In this document: piece after piece, positions 26,391 through 38,800 of the stretch | How positions within the stretch are numbered: the stretch's first letter is position 1 | How the letters are laid out: every line of letters begins with the position of its first letter | Translations under genes and position numbers: made by a program | DNA from: Phallusia mammillata | Lineage: Eukaryota | Length of the DNA stretch: 64,000 nucleotides | Direction: 5' to 3' | Assembly: GCA_965637545.1 (NCBI GenBank) | Contig: OZ281494.1 | Location: 16,616,001 to 16,680,000, forward strand | Notes under the pieces: generated by a model | Told to the model about the DNA's origin: nothing | Databases searched by the model: none | Seen by the model: the letters and a program-made list of their open reading frames with translations, nothing else

Positions 26391-28423
26391 TTACTCGATT
26401 TCCACGTAGTCGCATTTCTGAACTGTCATTGGAATTTCGTAAAATGCGTTGTGTGAGGCGGCGTCAGGTTTAGGTTGTTTGTTGATGTTCCTTGCAACGT
26501 TTGCAGAACTACATGCGGGACTTGGTACAACGTATTCTGCTGCAACGTTGGCCATGTTGGAGTTAACGTATGTAACTTCTGTTGGATTACTCGTAACCTT
26601 AGATGAAGCGTCAATCTGTTGTTTTCGTCTGTAAAACAAAAGTCACAAAGTTTTATTTTACTTTCTTTGCCACAGCAAATTTTTAGGCTTTATGCATTAA
26701 TCGTTGTGAGAATTGGGTCACTTATGATCAAATACGTATTGGGTTCGTAAACGTAAGCCTACCTCAAACAACACAGAATCAGGATAATCAGCAGCATTAG
26801 CAGTATTCCACCCGATGTCCCAGCAGCAACAGCAATGATAGAAATTGAGTTATTAGCATCATGTTCTGGAACCGAGAAAAAATGCCCAGGAATTTTTTAT
26901 ATATGTATGATTTTGGTTAAGTTTGAGAAAGTACTCGTCGCAATTTATATTCTGTGTATTTTAACGCGGTATGTAACAGCGGGATTATTTTTATAATCCC
27001 AAACATTTCATTACCTGTTGTGAGTGTTGTATTGGTCGTCGAGGAAGTTGTTGTGTAATTAGCTGTCTCTGAGATAAATAGAATAGTAAAATGGTTATAA
27101 TTTGGTTATATACACTTGTGTCATTGTTTGTGTTACAGTAAATTTTTACCAACAATTTTGTTTGAAAGACGATGTTGTGTCGGTACTTGGTGTAACTTCT
27201 AATAAAAAGATTCGGTATAGCGCCTTCAATGGGCCTGGCGTACTGTGATTCTAATAAAAAGATTTTAAAATTCGATTGATATTTTATGATCGATACTTTA
27301 AAATTCGATCGTATTTTATGATTGATACTTTATTTAATGCTTTTACATTTTACCTACAATAACCTAAAGCATACAGCCTCCGCATAAATACGTAGACAAA
27401 ATTATTAATAAGTTTATGAAAGTGTTTGAGTGTTTATTGTCAGTCTTTGGGATGATGAAGTTGGTAGAGAAAAATTGTTGCCGAAATGACAGTACAAGTG
27501 AAAAATTTGTTGGAATTCAAAGTATCTGCCCTTTGAAAACACCAATACGCATAATCACCTGTTGACGATTTTGTAGGCAATGACTTTGTTGCAGTTGTAG
27601 CTTGAAACATATTAGGGGCAAAATCTACGCAAAATATTTTAGTGTGGTAATATATCACAATTTGGCTTTTTTTTGGTTACCTTCAGTTACATTAACAATA
27701 TAATACTTTAAACCGAATCCAAGTTGATTTGTATCTTGTCCGTCCGAATAGAAATATACTGCCCATGGTTGTTTACTTGACCTTAGCGAAGTGGTTTTTG
27801 TGCAATTTACTCCTTCTTTCCATTTGTCCAGTTGTTTACTTGAAATGTTTGTGCGATGAATCACGTAACACTCGCCTCCTTTCGTCTCTCCGCACAAATT
27901 TAATAAATCTGTTTGATATTGAGCGGGGCCTGCAACTTTAAACATTCTAATATAGTTTAAATACATCTTAGATTGTATTTTATTGCACTTACCTTCCCTA
28001 AACGTTAGATGGTCTGCACATGAGCAATTGCTTATGTATTTGTTTTGACAAAAATCATTTTTGTCCTGATGAATTTGCAAAAAGTTGATGTGTATTATCA
28101 TTAGTTCGTGAGTTACATCGATAGCAAAGTTCCATGTACACGCTTGGTTAACTGGATAAGTTTGATCTGTTTTGTTCTTTTGTGGGGAACTAATGCTTCC
28201 ATTCTTTTCAGTTATGTCTCCGTATTTTATGTTGCATGTTAATTGCGTCGCTTTTACATCAGCTGCAAGCATAAAATAGGTATCGCCGATTTTAGGCATT
28301 TGTATGTTACTCGAGATTCAAAATGCATTGATTATTTAAATATAATATACAGTGTTGGCTTAAAGCATCCTTACCGACAAGAAGAATCATGACTGTCAGT
28401 ACAAAAATCATTGTGCCCTTCAT
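26391..28423 (-). CDS. R13: type-X CUB ectodomain on a class B tail
   Basis: Signal MKGTMIFVLTVMILLV; CUB exons closely similar to R12; stalk exons; TM SIIAVAAGTSGGILLMLLIILILCCL; tail VTYVNS, AEYVVP, FYEIPMTVQKCDYVEIE*. One stalk exon (about 27110-27200) may be damaged or skipped. Confidence 0.75.
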
Positions 28424-28969
28424 AGAAAACGAAGTTGTCTGATTAACGAAGTACCTATAAAAACCAACTAACATTTGCTATCTTGCGAATAAAGAAGTCG
28501 GTAGTATGTATTACTTTTATAATGAATTTACATGTATACAATCTGTAGGTTAACACCTTGCTCACTGTCTACATGTATTTAAGCATGATACTAGCTGCTC
28601 AAACCACAAGGCGCTTATTGACGAAGTGTTCTATTTTCTCGTTGAAGTATGACTCAATTAATCAGAGCTAACACCTAATTGGAATGATACACCTACCTCG
28701 AAAGCAATGTGTCATCCTATTAGATGCATACATTGTGCTTGCATCATTGACTTATTTGATTTTTGCACTACAAAAAAACCCTCAAAATCGAAAGTGGTGT
28801 TAGTGTAAATTTGTTTAACTTTTAGAGCGAAAATACGAAACAAGGAACGCATATGTTGCAAACTTTGTACCTTTGTTATATTATCACTACTCGTGAGTCA
28901 TTTGTTTTGCAAATAACTTTTTTTAAAAACGCATTTTTTGTTGTTGTGGCTATCATCAGTCTCCACAGT

Positions 28970-29469
28970 TGTGGAAAGTCTCAATAAGCGTTGTTGTGTC
29001 AGGCTTCGTCAGATGAATGTCGTTTGGTAATCTTCCTTCCAACGTTATTATTGTAACGTGAATATTCAAATAACTTAAAAGTTACAAGAGACGTAGTCGG
29101 GGGTTGTGGTTTAATTTATTCAACTCTCAAAGCAACCGTCAGATACTAATAGCGTTCATAAATAGTCTGCAAAATAAATTATTCTTAGAACGGCCACAAA
29201 ACTTCCTTTTACCATTCTTCCTTACCATCTTAAGCTGACAAAAATCTATAGCTTTGGGCGGTACATTTTTTATGGTTATAGTTTTGTTGTTGGTTTTTCG
29301 CGCTCGCACATTCCTGTGCATTTGGAACGTCTGCTAACACTGACGTTTGGGAGACCATAATGCACTTTATTGTCCTAAATGTGTATATAAATATTACTTG
29401 ACGGGTGGTACTAAATTCCGCATGGTAACTTTTGGTAACATAGGGTATCATTCGGTGTTTTAATATCAC
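28970..29469 (-). pseudogene. Possible highly decayed receptor remnant
   Basis: Fragments ..VLADVPNAQECASAK.., ..RKFCGRSKNNLFCRL.. and a Thr-rich segment occur in family order but in broken frames. Confidence 0.25.
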
Positions 29470-31016
29470 CGTATACAGTTTGCAGCGTTATTTTGAAATG
29501 CTAAAATGGCGTTTGAAGCTTGCAAAGATATTCTTTTGTCAATAACTTTTATTAGCTTTGCATCGGTTTAGGAACTTAAGTATCAGTAATGTTTTCTTGT
29601 TTATGTTGTTTGGATAGGTAAACGCTTCGACATGAAATAAAGTCAAAGATAAACTGAAAATTCTCGCTTTTTGCGTTTGTTTTATTGTCTGTTAATGTGA
29701 AAAACATTGTAATATTGTACAATTACACATGTAAAAATGTGGTGATAGCCTTGTTGTTGATATAGGGTTCATCACCCAAAAGTTCAAATTAGAGTGACAT
29801 TCTTCAGTTGTGATTACTCGATTTCCATGTAGTTGCATTTCTGAACAGGCATTGGTATTTCGTAAAATGCGTTGTGTGAGGCGGCGCCAGGTGTAGGTTG
29901 TGTGTTGATATTTCTTGCAACGTTTGCAGAACTACATGTGGGCTGTGGTACAACGTATTCTGCGACGGCGTTTGCCATGTTTGAGTTAACGTACGTAACT
30001 TCTTTTGGATTACTCGTACCCTTAGAGGGAGAGACAATCTGTTGTTTTCGTCTGTAAAACAATGATCACAATTTTTTATTTTACCTTTTTCGCCACAGCA
30101 AATTTACAGGCCTTAGCCATTATTCGTTGTAAGAATTGGGTAATTATGATCAAATGCGTATGGGATTCGTAAACGTAAGCCTACCTCAAACAACACAGAA
30201 TCAGGATAATCAGCAGCATTAGTATTGCAGCCGATGTCCCAGCAGCAGCAGCAGCAGTGATAGAAATTGAGTTATGAGCATCTGGTCCTGGAACCGAGAC
30301 AAAAATATCCCCAAAACTTTTATTTATATGTATTATTTTAGGTACGTTTGAGAAAATACTCGTCAAAAGTTTAAGAAAATACTCGTCAAAACTCTGTGTA
30401 TTTTAAGGCGAATTGTAACAACGGAATTAGTTTTATGGTCCTAAAAATGTCATTACCTGTTGTGAGTCTTGTTCTGGTCGTCGAGGAAATTGTTGTGTAA
30501 TTAGCTTTCCCTGAGACAAATAGAAAAGTAAACTGGTTGTAATTTACACTTGTGTCATTGCTGGTGTTACAGTGGTGGTGTTCACCTTTTTGTTTGAAAG
30601 TCGACGTAGTTTCGGTGTTTCGGTGTTTGGTGTACGGACAGTATAAACAGTTATACTTATAGCACAGGGTTTTACACAACGTTTATTGACGTTGAATTTT
30701 ACCAGCCTTTTTAACCCACTTTTAAGGGAAGGATACAAAATAAATTGCCATAAGATCAGTGTAAAAGTTTACTATCCTTTTACTATAATAATAAATGCAA
30801 GTATTTGACTGCTTCAAAAATTTCTAACATGAAAAACTTCCTCAAAAAATAGATAAGCACGTGAAGGACTGCGGTGTACTTACCTGACGTGATAGATTTA
30901 AAAAAGTGCAGTTGAAATCCAGCCTGGTTGTTTGTAGAACTCGAATAAAACTTGATGTCATATATGGATAAACTTGTTTTTAACTGCGACATCGTACTGC
31001 AACGGTAATAATTTTT

Positions 31017-32672
31017 ATGGGTCCCCTTCCCTGAAGGGGACACATATTGATTTTACTCGATTTATTTGTTTTTTTTTTCTTTTTTTCTTTTTTTTTCTTT
31101 TTTTTTTCTTGTTTTTTTTTCTGCCCAAAGTTTGTCCACCTCGTTTTGCCTTGAAATGTTTGATGGATTTGGATGAAATTTTCACAGAAGGTAGATATAG
31201 TTATGTAGATGTGCCATTTGTTTTGTTTGACTCGATAGCCCCAGTGTTTACCCCACTAGCCCCCTAAAATGGGTAAATTTTGAACAATGTCCGAATTGGA
31301 TGAAATTTGAAAAGTTTGTTCATTGTGCCATTTTAGGGCATCGTTTGTTGTGTTTTACACTGTAGCCCCAATATTTACCCCAGTAGACCCCTAAAATGGG
31401 TGATTTTTTTAAACAATGTCCGATTCGGATGAAATTTGGACAGTTTGTTCATTATGCTTTTTTAGGGCGTCGTTTGTTGTGTTTTACACTGTAGCCCCAA
31501 TATTTACCCCAGTAGACCCCTAAAATGGGTGATTTTTTTAAACAATGTCCGATTCGGATGAAATTTGGACAGTTTGTTCATTGTGCTTTTTTAGGGCATC
31601 GTTTGTTGTGTTTTACACTGTAGCCCCAATATTTACCCCAGTAGACCCCTAAAATGGGTGATTTTTTTAAACAATGGCCGATTCGGATGAAATTTGGACA
31701 GTTTCTTCATTATGCCATTTTAGGGCGTCGTTTGTTGTGTTTTACACTGTAGCCCCAATATTTACCCCAGTAGACCCCTAAAATGGGTGATTTTTTTAAA
31801 CAATGTCCGATTTGGATGAACTTTGGACAGTTTGTTCATTATGCTTTTTTAGGGCGTCGTTTGTTGTGTTTTACACTGTAGCCCCAATATTTACCCCAGT
31901 AGACCCCTAAAATGGGTGATTTTTTTAAACAATGTCCGATTCGGATGAAATTTGGACAGTTTGTTCATTGTGCTTTTTTAGGGCATCGTTTGTTGTGTTT
32001 TACACTGTAGCCCCAATATTTACCCCAGTAGACCCCTAAAATGGGTGATTTTTTTAAACAATGGCCGATTCGGATGAAATTTGGACAGTTTCTTCATTAT
32101 GCCATTTTAGGGCGTCGATTATTGTGTTTCACCATGTAGCCCAATATTTACTGCTTAAGCCACCTATTTTTTAAAAAACGTCCGATTTGGATGAATTTTT
32201 GATAGTTTTATGAATTTGGCATTTGTAGCTGTCGAATATTGTGTTTCACCCTGCAGCCCTATTATTTACCCTACCAACCCCCAAAAATGTGTGAATTAAT
32301 CAACAATACATTTTGACAGTTTGTATAATATGCCATTTTGAGATGTCAGTGTTTTATGCTATTTAGGCACACAAACTTATAACAATGTCTCAATTGCATG
32401 AGATTTAGACAGTTTGTACTTTACATAACTTTTTTTTTAGGAACACTACCAATCACTGTGTTTGACTTTATAGCACCGTTTCTTATGGTTGTCTGTTTAC
32501 AACTTTGCGGTTTTGGGGACCCATGAGTTTCTGCCTGCAGAAACAAATCAAGATTATAAAAAATGTTGGCTAATATAGGACCCAATATAAATAAATATAG
32601 AGAATATATTACAGTTTGCAGAATAGGTTGTAGTGTATATGCTATAGTAAAATGTGCTAAGCCACCCTTCTA
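31017..32672 (+). mobile_element. Helentron-associated non-autonomous element (HINE/DINE-1-like) carrying a satellite array
   Basis: Subterminal IR atgggtcccc (31017-31026) / ggggacccat (32515-32524); 5' hairpin gtcccctt-aaggggac; 3' hairpin gtttctg-cagaaac (32527-32544); T-rich microsatellite near the 5' end; insertion into a T-run. The last ~125 bp are of unclear origin. Confidence 0.7.
31261..32160. repeat. 129-bp tandem satellite, about 7 copies plus degenerate flanking units
   Basis: cccctaaaatggg recurs at 31261, 31388, 31517, 31646, 31775, 31904 and 32033 (129-bp period after the first unit). Confidence 0.95.
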
Positions 32673-34120
32673 GTTCCATTTTGTTTGATTCTGTGGACTG
32701 TTTGGTGATCCCAACACAAAGCATGTTGTGTTTTTTGTTTTTCCACACATGTACAGTCGGTTTTCCTGGTCGTCTAAATACATCGTGTCACGAAAAAGAT
32801 GTACAAACATTGTTTTAATAAACTTGGAAACTTACCGCCAAGTATAGTTAGGTAATCTTCGCATTTACAATGGTCCAAACTTCCAATGCAAAACTGATTT
32901 TTCTTATCTTTAACGATTTCCAAATAGGTTATCACAATGATCAAAACTTGCTTATCGGGGCTCATTGGAAATTTCCATGTACACGATTGATTAGCAGGGT
33001 ACGTTTTGTTATAACGAAAGTCAAAGCCAGGTGAGGTAATTGTTCCATATGTGCTGTTACCTACATCTACACTCACATTGCAATTTTGACTGTTTGTTAC
33101 ACCTGAACAAACAAAACAAATTTGCATAAAAACATCCCGATTTTCAATCATAGAAATGCTTACTTGTAAGAAGTCCCATAATCAAGAACCCTTTTAGGTG
33201 AACTTTGTTTTCCGGAACAAAAAGTCTCCAAATTTTGTCCACGATCGTCATAGCTTCTGTGATATTTTTTTGCAATAGCTCGAACAACTAATTCCTGTTA
33301 TTGGTCATTGCTGAATTGCCTCCAAAACTTCAGTAATTATGAGAAGTAGGCGTTTCGGGATGACAGTATTTGCAGCTTCTGCAAATTGTCTAAACTATTT
33401 TTGATTGTAGATATTTCTGTAAACGACTAGGGTCGAACTAATTTAGTCTGTTTAATTTCCCACTATTTTTCGTCACAACTGCTTTTAACCTACTGATAGC
33501 TAACTGCTAAAACATTTATACGGAAATAACGCGTAACTGCAGACAGTTCTGTGTAAGGGTCAACTTCCGAACAATTCATAGAAAGAAAAGCCTTAAAATT
33601 TGCCAAACCGCTTCATGGAAAATGAGTTGGTAAACACATGATTATTCTCCTAATGTCACAGAAAAATTGCTCTGTTGATTTTTTCATGTTGCAACACATC
33701 ACACATTCCAATCTTATGAACCGCTGAATAAAAAGTACGAAGTTAACACAAATCGTTGTGAACAACGAGTGTTTTGTATGTCAAGTAGGACAACATTTTT
33801 TTCTAAATGCAAGAAACATTTGAGAAAAAGTTAATCTCGCGCTTACTTCCTTGGTGATTTATGTCATTACTGTCTTGTGTGGACGTCGCGTGCGAAGATA
33901 CAATTTGATATTAAATTTTGTCACTGAAGAGGACATTTGTGAAGCGATGGCCAGCCGCAATTAAAATAAAACAGTTGAATTGATGATCATGAAAAAATCG
34001 TGCACATATTCATTGCTTGGATTTGCTCTGAATTCCGAATTGTCTGCCCGGTTTGATATCTCACATCTTGTAGTCCTGACATTATTTGAATCAGGCTATT
34101 CGTTTTTGTATCTCGTGTTC

Positions 34121-35800
34121 TCATTTCATTCCCGCGTACAAAACATTGTCCACATGCATACTTTCACTTTCTCCGTACAAAACATTGTCCACATGCATAC
34201 TTTCACTTCCTCCGTACAAAACATTGTCCACATGCATACTTTCACTTCCTCCGTACAAAACATTGTCCACATGCATACTTTCACTTCCTCCGTGCAAAAT
34301 ATTGTCCACTTGCAAACTTTCGCTACCAGTTGCTTCTTGTTGCCCTTGAACTGTGTCGTGTCCGTTCCGGGAATGCGAAACTTCGTGGGGCAGGTCTACT
34401 GTATTTGGCTTGTGTACCACAGCATACATTTCACCATCTCCTTGGGCCAAATCAGACATTACGATGTCGTGCTCTGAAGCCGTTCTGGGCGTTTGTTGCG
34501 GTTCTTTACTTTTGCCTTCTGGCAATGTTCCTACAGTCTTCGTTTTTCTTGCATGCTTTCTTCTGCAAAATGTTAAAGCACAGTGACACGTGTTTTTTAG
34601 GCAACTTGAATGTAAAGTAACAAACGCACCTGAGAATACATATTACAAACACGATAACAGCTATTCCCACAGCGCCTCCAGCCGATGCAATGGCAATTAT
34701 TGTGAGTTGATTGCTGGATGTTTTCTGTGGAATTGACGTTGTAGATTCCGTTAAAGTCAGTTTTTGATCTTCTGATTCTGTGTATAGTTACGTATAAGTT
34801 TGTTACTTGCACTGTGCGGCTTTAACAATACAAGTTTTGTTTGTTTTTACTTCGTATGTAAAACAAGAACACATATAATACTTGGTACTAACCCTCTGAA
34901 GTCGACCGTGAAGTTGTAGCGGCAGGTCCATGCGACGTTGGACGGATATCCGGCTTTAAATCTTATTAGTCGAAACATAATTATTGAGATAGAAACCTTT
35001 TTAAAAATAAGAGAGACAACCTAATGTTTTGTAGAGACACTTACCAGATATGTTAACTCTTTGATAATCCAAACGAAACCCGTCCCCATGAGGTTTTGCG
35101 GAGCTGGAGTAAAACCAAATTGCGTATTGTGTTTTGTTTGTGGTCAACAAAATTGGGAAATCGCAAAATTGTTGTTTTCCCAAATCGATTACAGGAGATT
35201 CTGATTCGATTTTTGGTTTCAACACAAGGCACATTTTGCTCGTCATTTCTCCACACAGGTAAAATTTATTTACCTTGTCATCTTGCGTACCAAAAAATGA
35301 ATTTCAGCATATGCATATAAGTTTATTTTATAGCGATCACTTTCAACCTACCGCTAAGTATGGTGAGATGATCATTGCATTGGCAAGTTGCCAACGTTCC
35401 ATTACAAAAACTTGATCCGTTACTTTTGGCTAGTTTTATATAATTGACCGTAATAAACAGAACTTCATGGTAGATAACTGGAAGCTGCCATTGACACGAT
35501 TGTGCCTGGGATATATTTGAGGGTGAAGAGATCGTTCCTGACATGTTAGAAATCAAACCTGAACTCACATCACAAGGTAGAGTTGAACCTAAAATATAAA
35601 ATGGACAATGAGTGCTTATGTATTCTGGGAGCTTCTAAATATTCAAAATGGCATAAACATCAGCAAAATGTTTACTGCTTCTACATAAAGTAATGTTATG
35701 ACTAACCTTGACTGAGTCCAATGCAACCAGCACAGCATAATACGAGAACTATATAAACCAATGTCCTCTGTTGAGATTCTTTTGAAGTATATCGACACAT
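34121..35800 (-). CDS. R15: 8-Cys CUB receptor, class A tail with amplified VDNVLY motif
   Basis: Signal exon MCRYTSKESQQRTLVYIVLVLCCAGCIGLSQ; CUB halves LPCD..SGTISSP..QSCQW..CQCNDHL / YLCG..WFYSSSAKPHGDGFRLDY; stalk; TM LTIIAIASAGGAVGIAVIVFVICIL; tail EMYAVV plus repeats. All exons are in frame. Confidence 0.85.
34131..34322 (-). repeat. 39-bp coding tandem repeat (about 5 units) encoding GGSESMHVDNVLY
   Basis: gtacaaaacattgtccacatgcatactttcactt recurs every 39 bp. Four units end in Y; the most 5' unit has H. Confidence 0.95.
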
Positions 35801-38800
35801 TCCGTCAGAGACTTTAAACAAACCCAAGAGAAATTCAAAATTGTTCTACAGACTTCTAAATCCCAGTCAGTCAGTTGACACGATTGATCTTCAGTAAGTG
35901 CTGTATTTGTAAACCTTATTTCTGCAACATCCTGGAAACAAACAAAAATAATGTTGCCAGCAACATAGTTCAACTGTTTAAACTCCATATGCCCCTGACT
36001 GACACAAAAAGTGACAAAAATACTCTGGTAAAAAACGTTTCTTGGAACTGACGTCCAGGAAGCCTTGTGCCATGACCGGCCTTGTACATTAGGTTTAAAT
36101 AAACTTACACACATATGAACGTCAGTAAAGTTAAACACAACTAACTCAAGGGTTACGAAACTTATTATTGCACTATATGTTCCATGTCATCGTTTTGAAA
36201 CATAGATTTACATGCAACACGATACGAAAAACGTAGCAGAACGTCACTCATCTCACGCGTGCAGAGGATCAGATCCGCATGTGTGAGTGACGCCAGCGTC
36301 AATGGATATTCATCACGGCACTTCGAAGTTCCTTTACTATTTGTTTACCTTCTATGGCTTTGGTGGGTTGGCCACTTTACCATTTTCGTTTAAGGTTTGG
36401 TGAAAACAAAGTATAGCTCTTTCCATGAGTTTAAACCATGGCGATTACTTTGTTTTGTATTTGTACTTACCCTAGCTTTTTACAATGTTTGTTTTTAACA
36501 TCTTGAATATTTTTTTGTATTTCAAAGTTGTATCCATCTCCAGAATACAGGGTAAGGTTGATGCTGTGTAGTTGGTTCTACACATATTCTGAAAATATGC
36601 TACTTTCGAAGCGCCACACGGAAACTCTGATGCGGTCTAGTCAAATAAAGCATTCTATCATTATAGCTGTTGCGTAGTCTTTCTTGATGTTTCTTCCGTA
36701 AATACCTTAAAAGTCAAACACTGTATCAAGCTTCTGGGTCGTTTAAATCAGCTTTTGTTTCGCAACGTTTTTTTGATAATCGTCTAAAACTCAACTAATT
36801 GTGACAACCTTGGTATGTATTGGGTAAGCGGGAAAAAACCGCACAACAAAAATGATATTTTTTTATATTTTAATACTTTTATGTACCTTTGCCAAATAAT
36901 AAATGTTTGTGGTTGAGGCGAAATACGCAAGTTTATGACTTAAAACAATGTTTATGAGATGAAGAATTTAAAGATGTTACAGGGACAAGCCATGTCAAAA
37001 CACGCTTCATGTGTTTCTTTACTCCCTTTCGATGTATAAAATGTTGTCAACTTGTATTCTTTCGCTTGCAGATTGGGGCAAATTTACTTCATTTGTACCG
37101 ATTTCGGAATACACAAGTGTTTCAATAGTTTTATCTCTTTTCGGTTTATGTACTTCAGCGTATTCCGAGCTGTCGCCTTGCTCAGTATCAGTTGATACAG
37201 TGACAGGTCTTGAAAATGTTGAGGTTTCTTGTTGTGTTTCTACTTTCTTGTTGGTTGAAATTTGTCCTGTTTGTCTCTTTTTTCTTGTAAGCTTACATCT
37301 GCGCAAAATCACAAACGTGTAACATACAGCGTGTATACGACATAGTGGTAAAAACAACAAATGATTAAAGTACCTTAATAATATGACAATTATCACGGCT
37401 AGTGCAGTTATTCCTACTGCACCTGCTGTGGCTGCAGCTATGATGATTACTGTGATTTTTCTGGCATGTTTGCTTGAAGTTGCGGATATAGGTGTCGTTT
37501 CAGTCTGGCTGTCACTTTTGGTCGAATTATAGGTGTTCTTTGATTCTGTATTAGCGAAAGGATGTGTTACTGGTCGTATCATCTTAGTCCAGTATTTACG
37601 GCAACAAATAGGCTTGCGCTATAAATTAAACCGACGCCAAAACGGTTGTTTCTGCCATCGTTGTCAGGTTGTAAACTTGTAATGAATTTTTGATCTTTAA
37701 ATTTAAACAAAAATCTTGTGGGGTAACCTGAGTGTGGTTTAAAAAAAATAGGCATGCAAAATGTATTTCACAGACCCTTCTGACAAGATGACCATGCAGG
37801 AGTGATGGACCGACTGTAAACTTGCTGCAAACTTTTGACAATTAACTTTTAAACATTAATGTACTATTGAGACTGGGATGGAAAGGCAATTGCCAAAAGA
37901 TTGGGGTAAATCTTTACAACTGTTTTCCTAAATAATAAATATACCGATTATGAAGTTTGTGCCAGTATTTGATTGCTTCAATAGGCTTTGCTACATAAAC
38001 AACGCTAGATTAAAAGATAAAAAGCATATGAGAGCACTGCAGAGTGCTTACCTGACTTTGATTTAACAAAATTCAGTCGAAACCCGGCCTGGTTGTTTGT
38101 AGCACTCGAAGAAAACTTGATGTCGTATGTAGATAAATTAGTTTTTAACAGCGATACCGTACTGCACTTAAAATAATTTTTTCGTCTGGTTTGATTCTGT
38201 GAGGTGTTTGGTGATCCCAATACAAAGCATGTTGTCTGTTTTGTTTTTCCACACATGTACATTCGGTTTTCTTGGTCGTCTAAAAACACGTCACAAAAAG
38301 GTGTACAAACATTTTTTTAATAAACTTGGAAACTTACCGCCTAGTATAGTTAGATAATCCTCGCATTCACAATGTTCCGAACTTCCATTGCAAAACTGAT
38401 TTTTCTCATCTTTTACAACTTCGAAATGGGTTATTACAATCATCCTTACCAGGGTTCATCGGAAATTTCCATGTACACGATTGATTGGAGGGGTATGTTT
38501 TGTTATTTAGTAAGTTAAAACCAGGCGAAGTAATTTCTCCATATGTGTCGTTTCTTACCTTCACACTCATATTGCAATTCTTGGCTGTTACACCTGAACA
38601 AACAAAACAAATTTGCGTGAAAACATCCCGATTTTCAGTCATAGAAATGCTTACTTGTAAGAACTACCGTAATCACTAATACTTTCAGGTGAGCTTCGGT
38701 TTCTAGAACGAAATATTTCCACGTTTTGTCAACAACCGTCATTGCTTTAGTGGTTTTTGCTTTTATACTTTCACCTTGTTGGTCACTGCTGAAACGCCAC

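Larger units (their letters stand above)
29814..33251 (-). pseudogene. R14: type-Y CUB ectodomain on the R13-type class B tail; second CUB exon split by an insertion
   Basis: Signal exon MTIVDKIWRLFVPENKVHLKGFLIMGLLT. CUB exon 1 is open. CUB exon 2 lies in two pieces (about 32673-32775 and 30885-31016) with a 2-nt deletion. TM and tail (FYEIPMPVQKCNYMEIE*) are close to R13. Confidence 0.75.

Noticed and set aside
22350-30395. Short two-copy tandem duplications (about 22365-22430, 27265-27330, 30350-30392)
   Set aside because: Ordinary slippage duplications in intronic or intergenic DNA.
31261-32160. Regular repeat array as a CRISPR locus
   Set aside because: The units are head-to-tail 129-bp near-identical copies with no unique spacers, inside a eukaryotic transposon-like element.
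33980-34620. Plus-strand ORFs with repeats (VQNIVHMHTFTSS, PYKTLSTCILSL)
   Set aside because: These are antisense shadows of the R15 39-bp repeat. Only the minus frame links to spliced TM and CUB exons.
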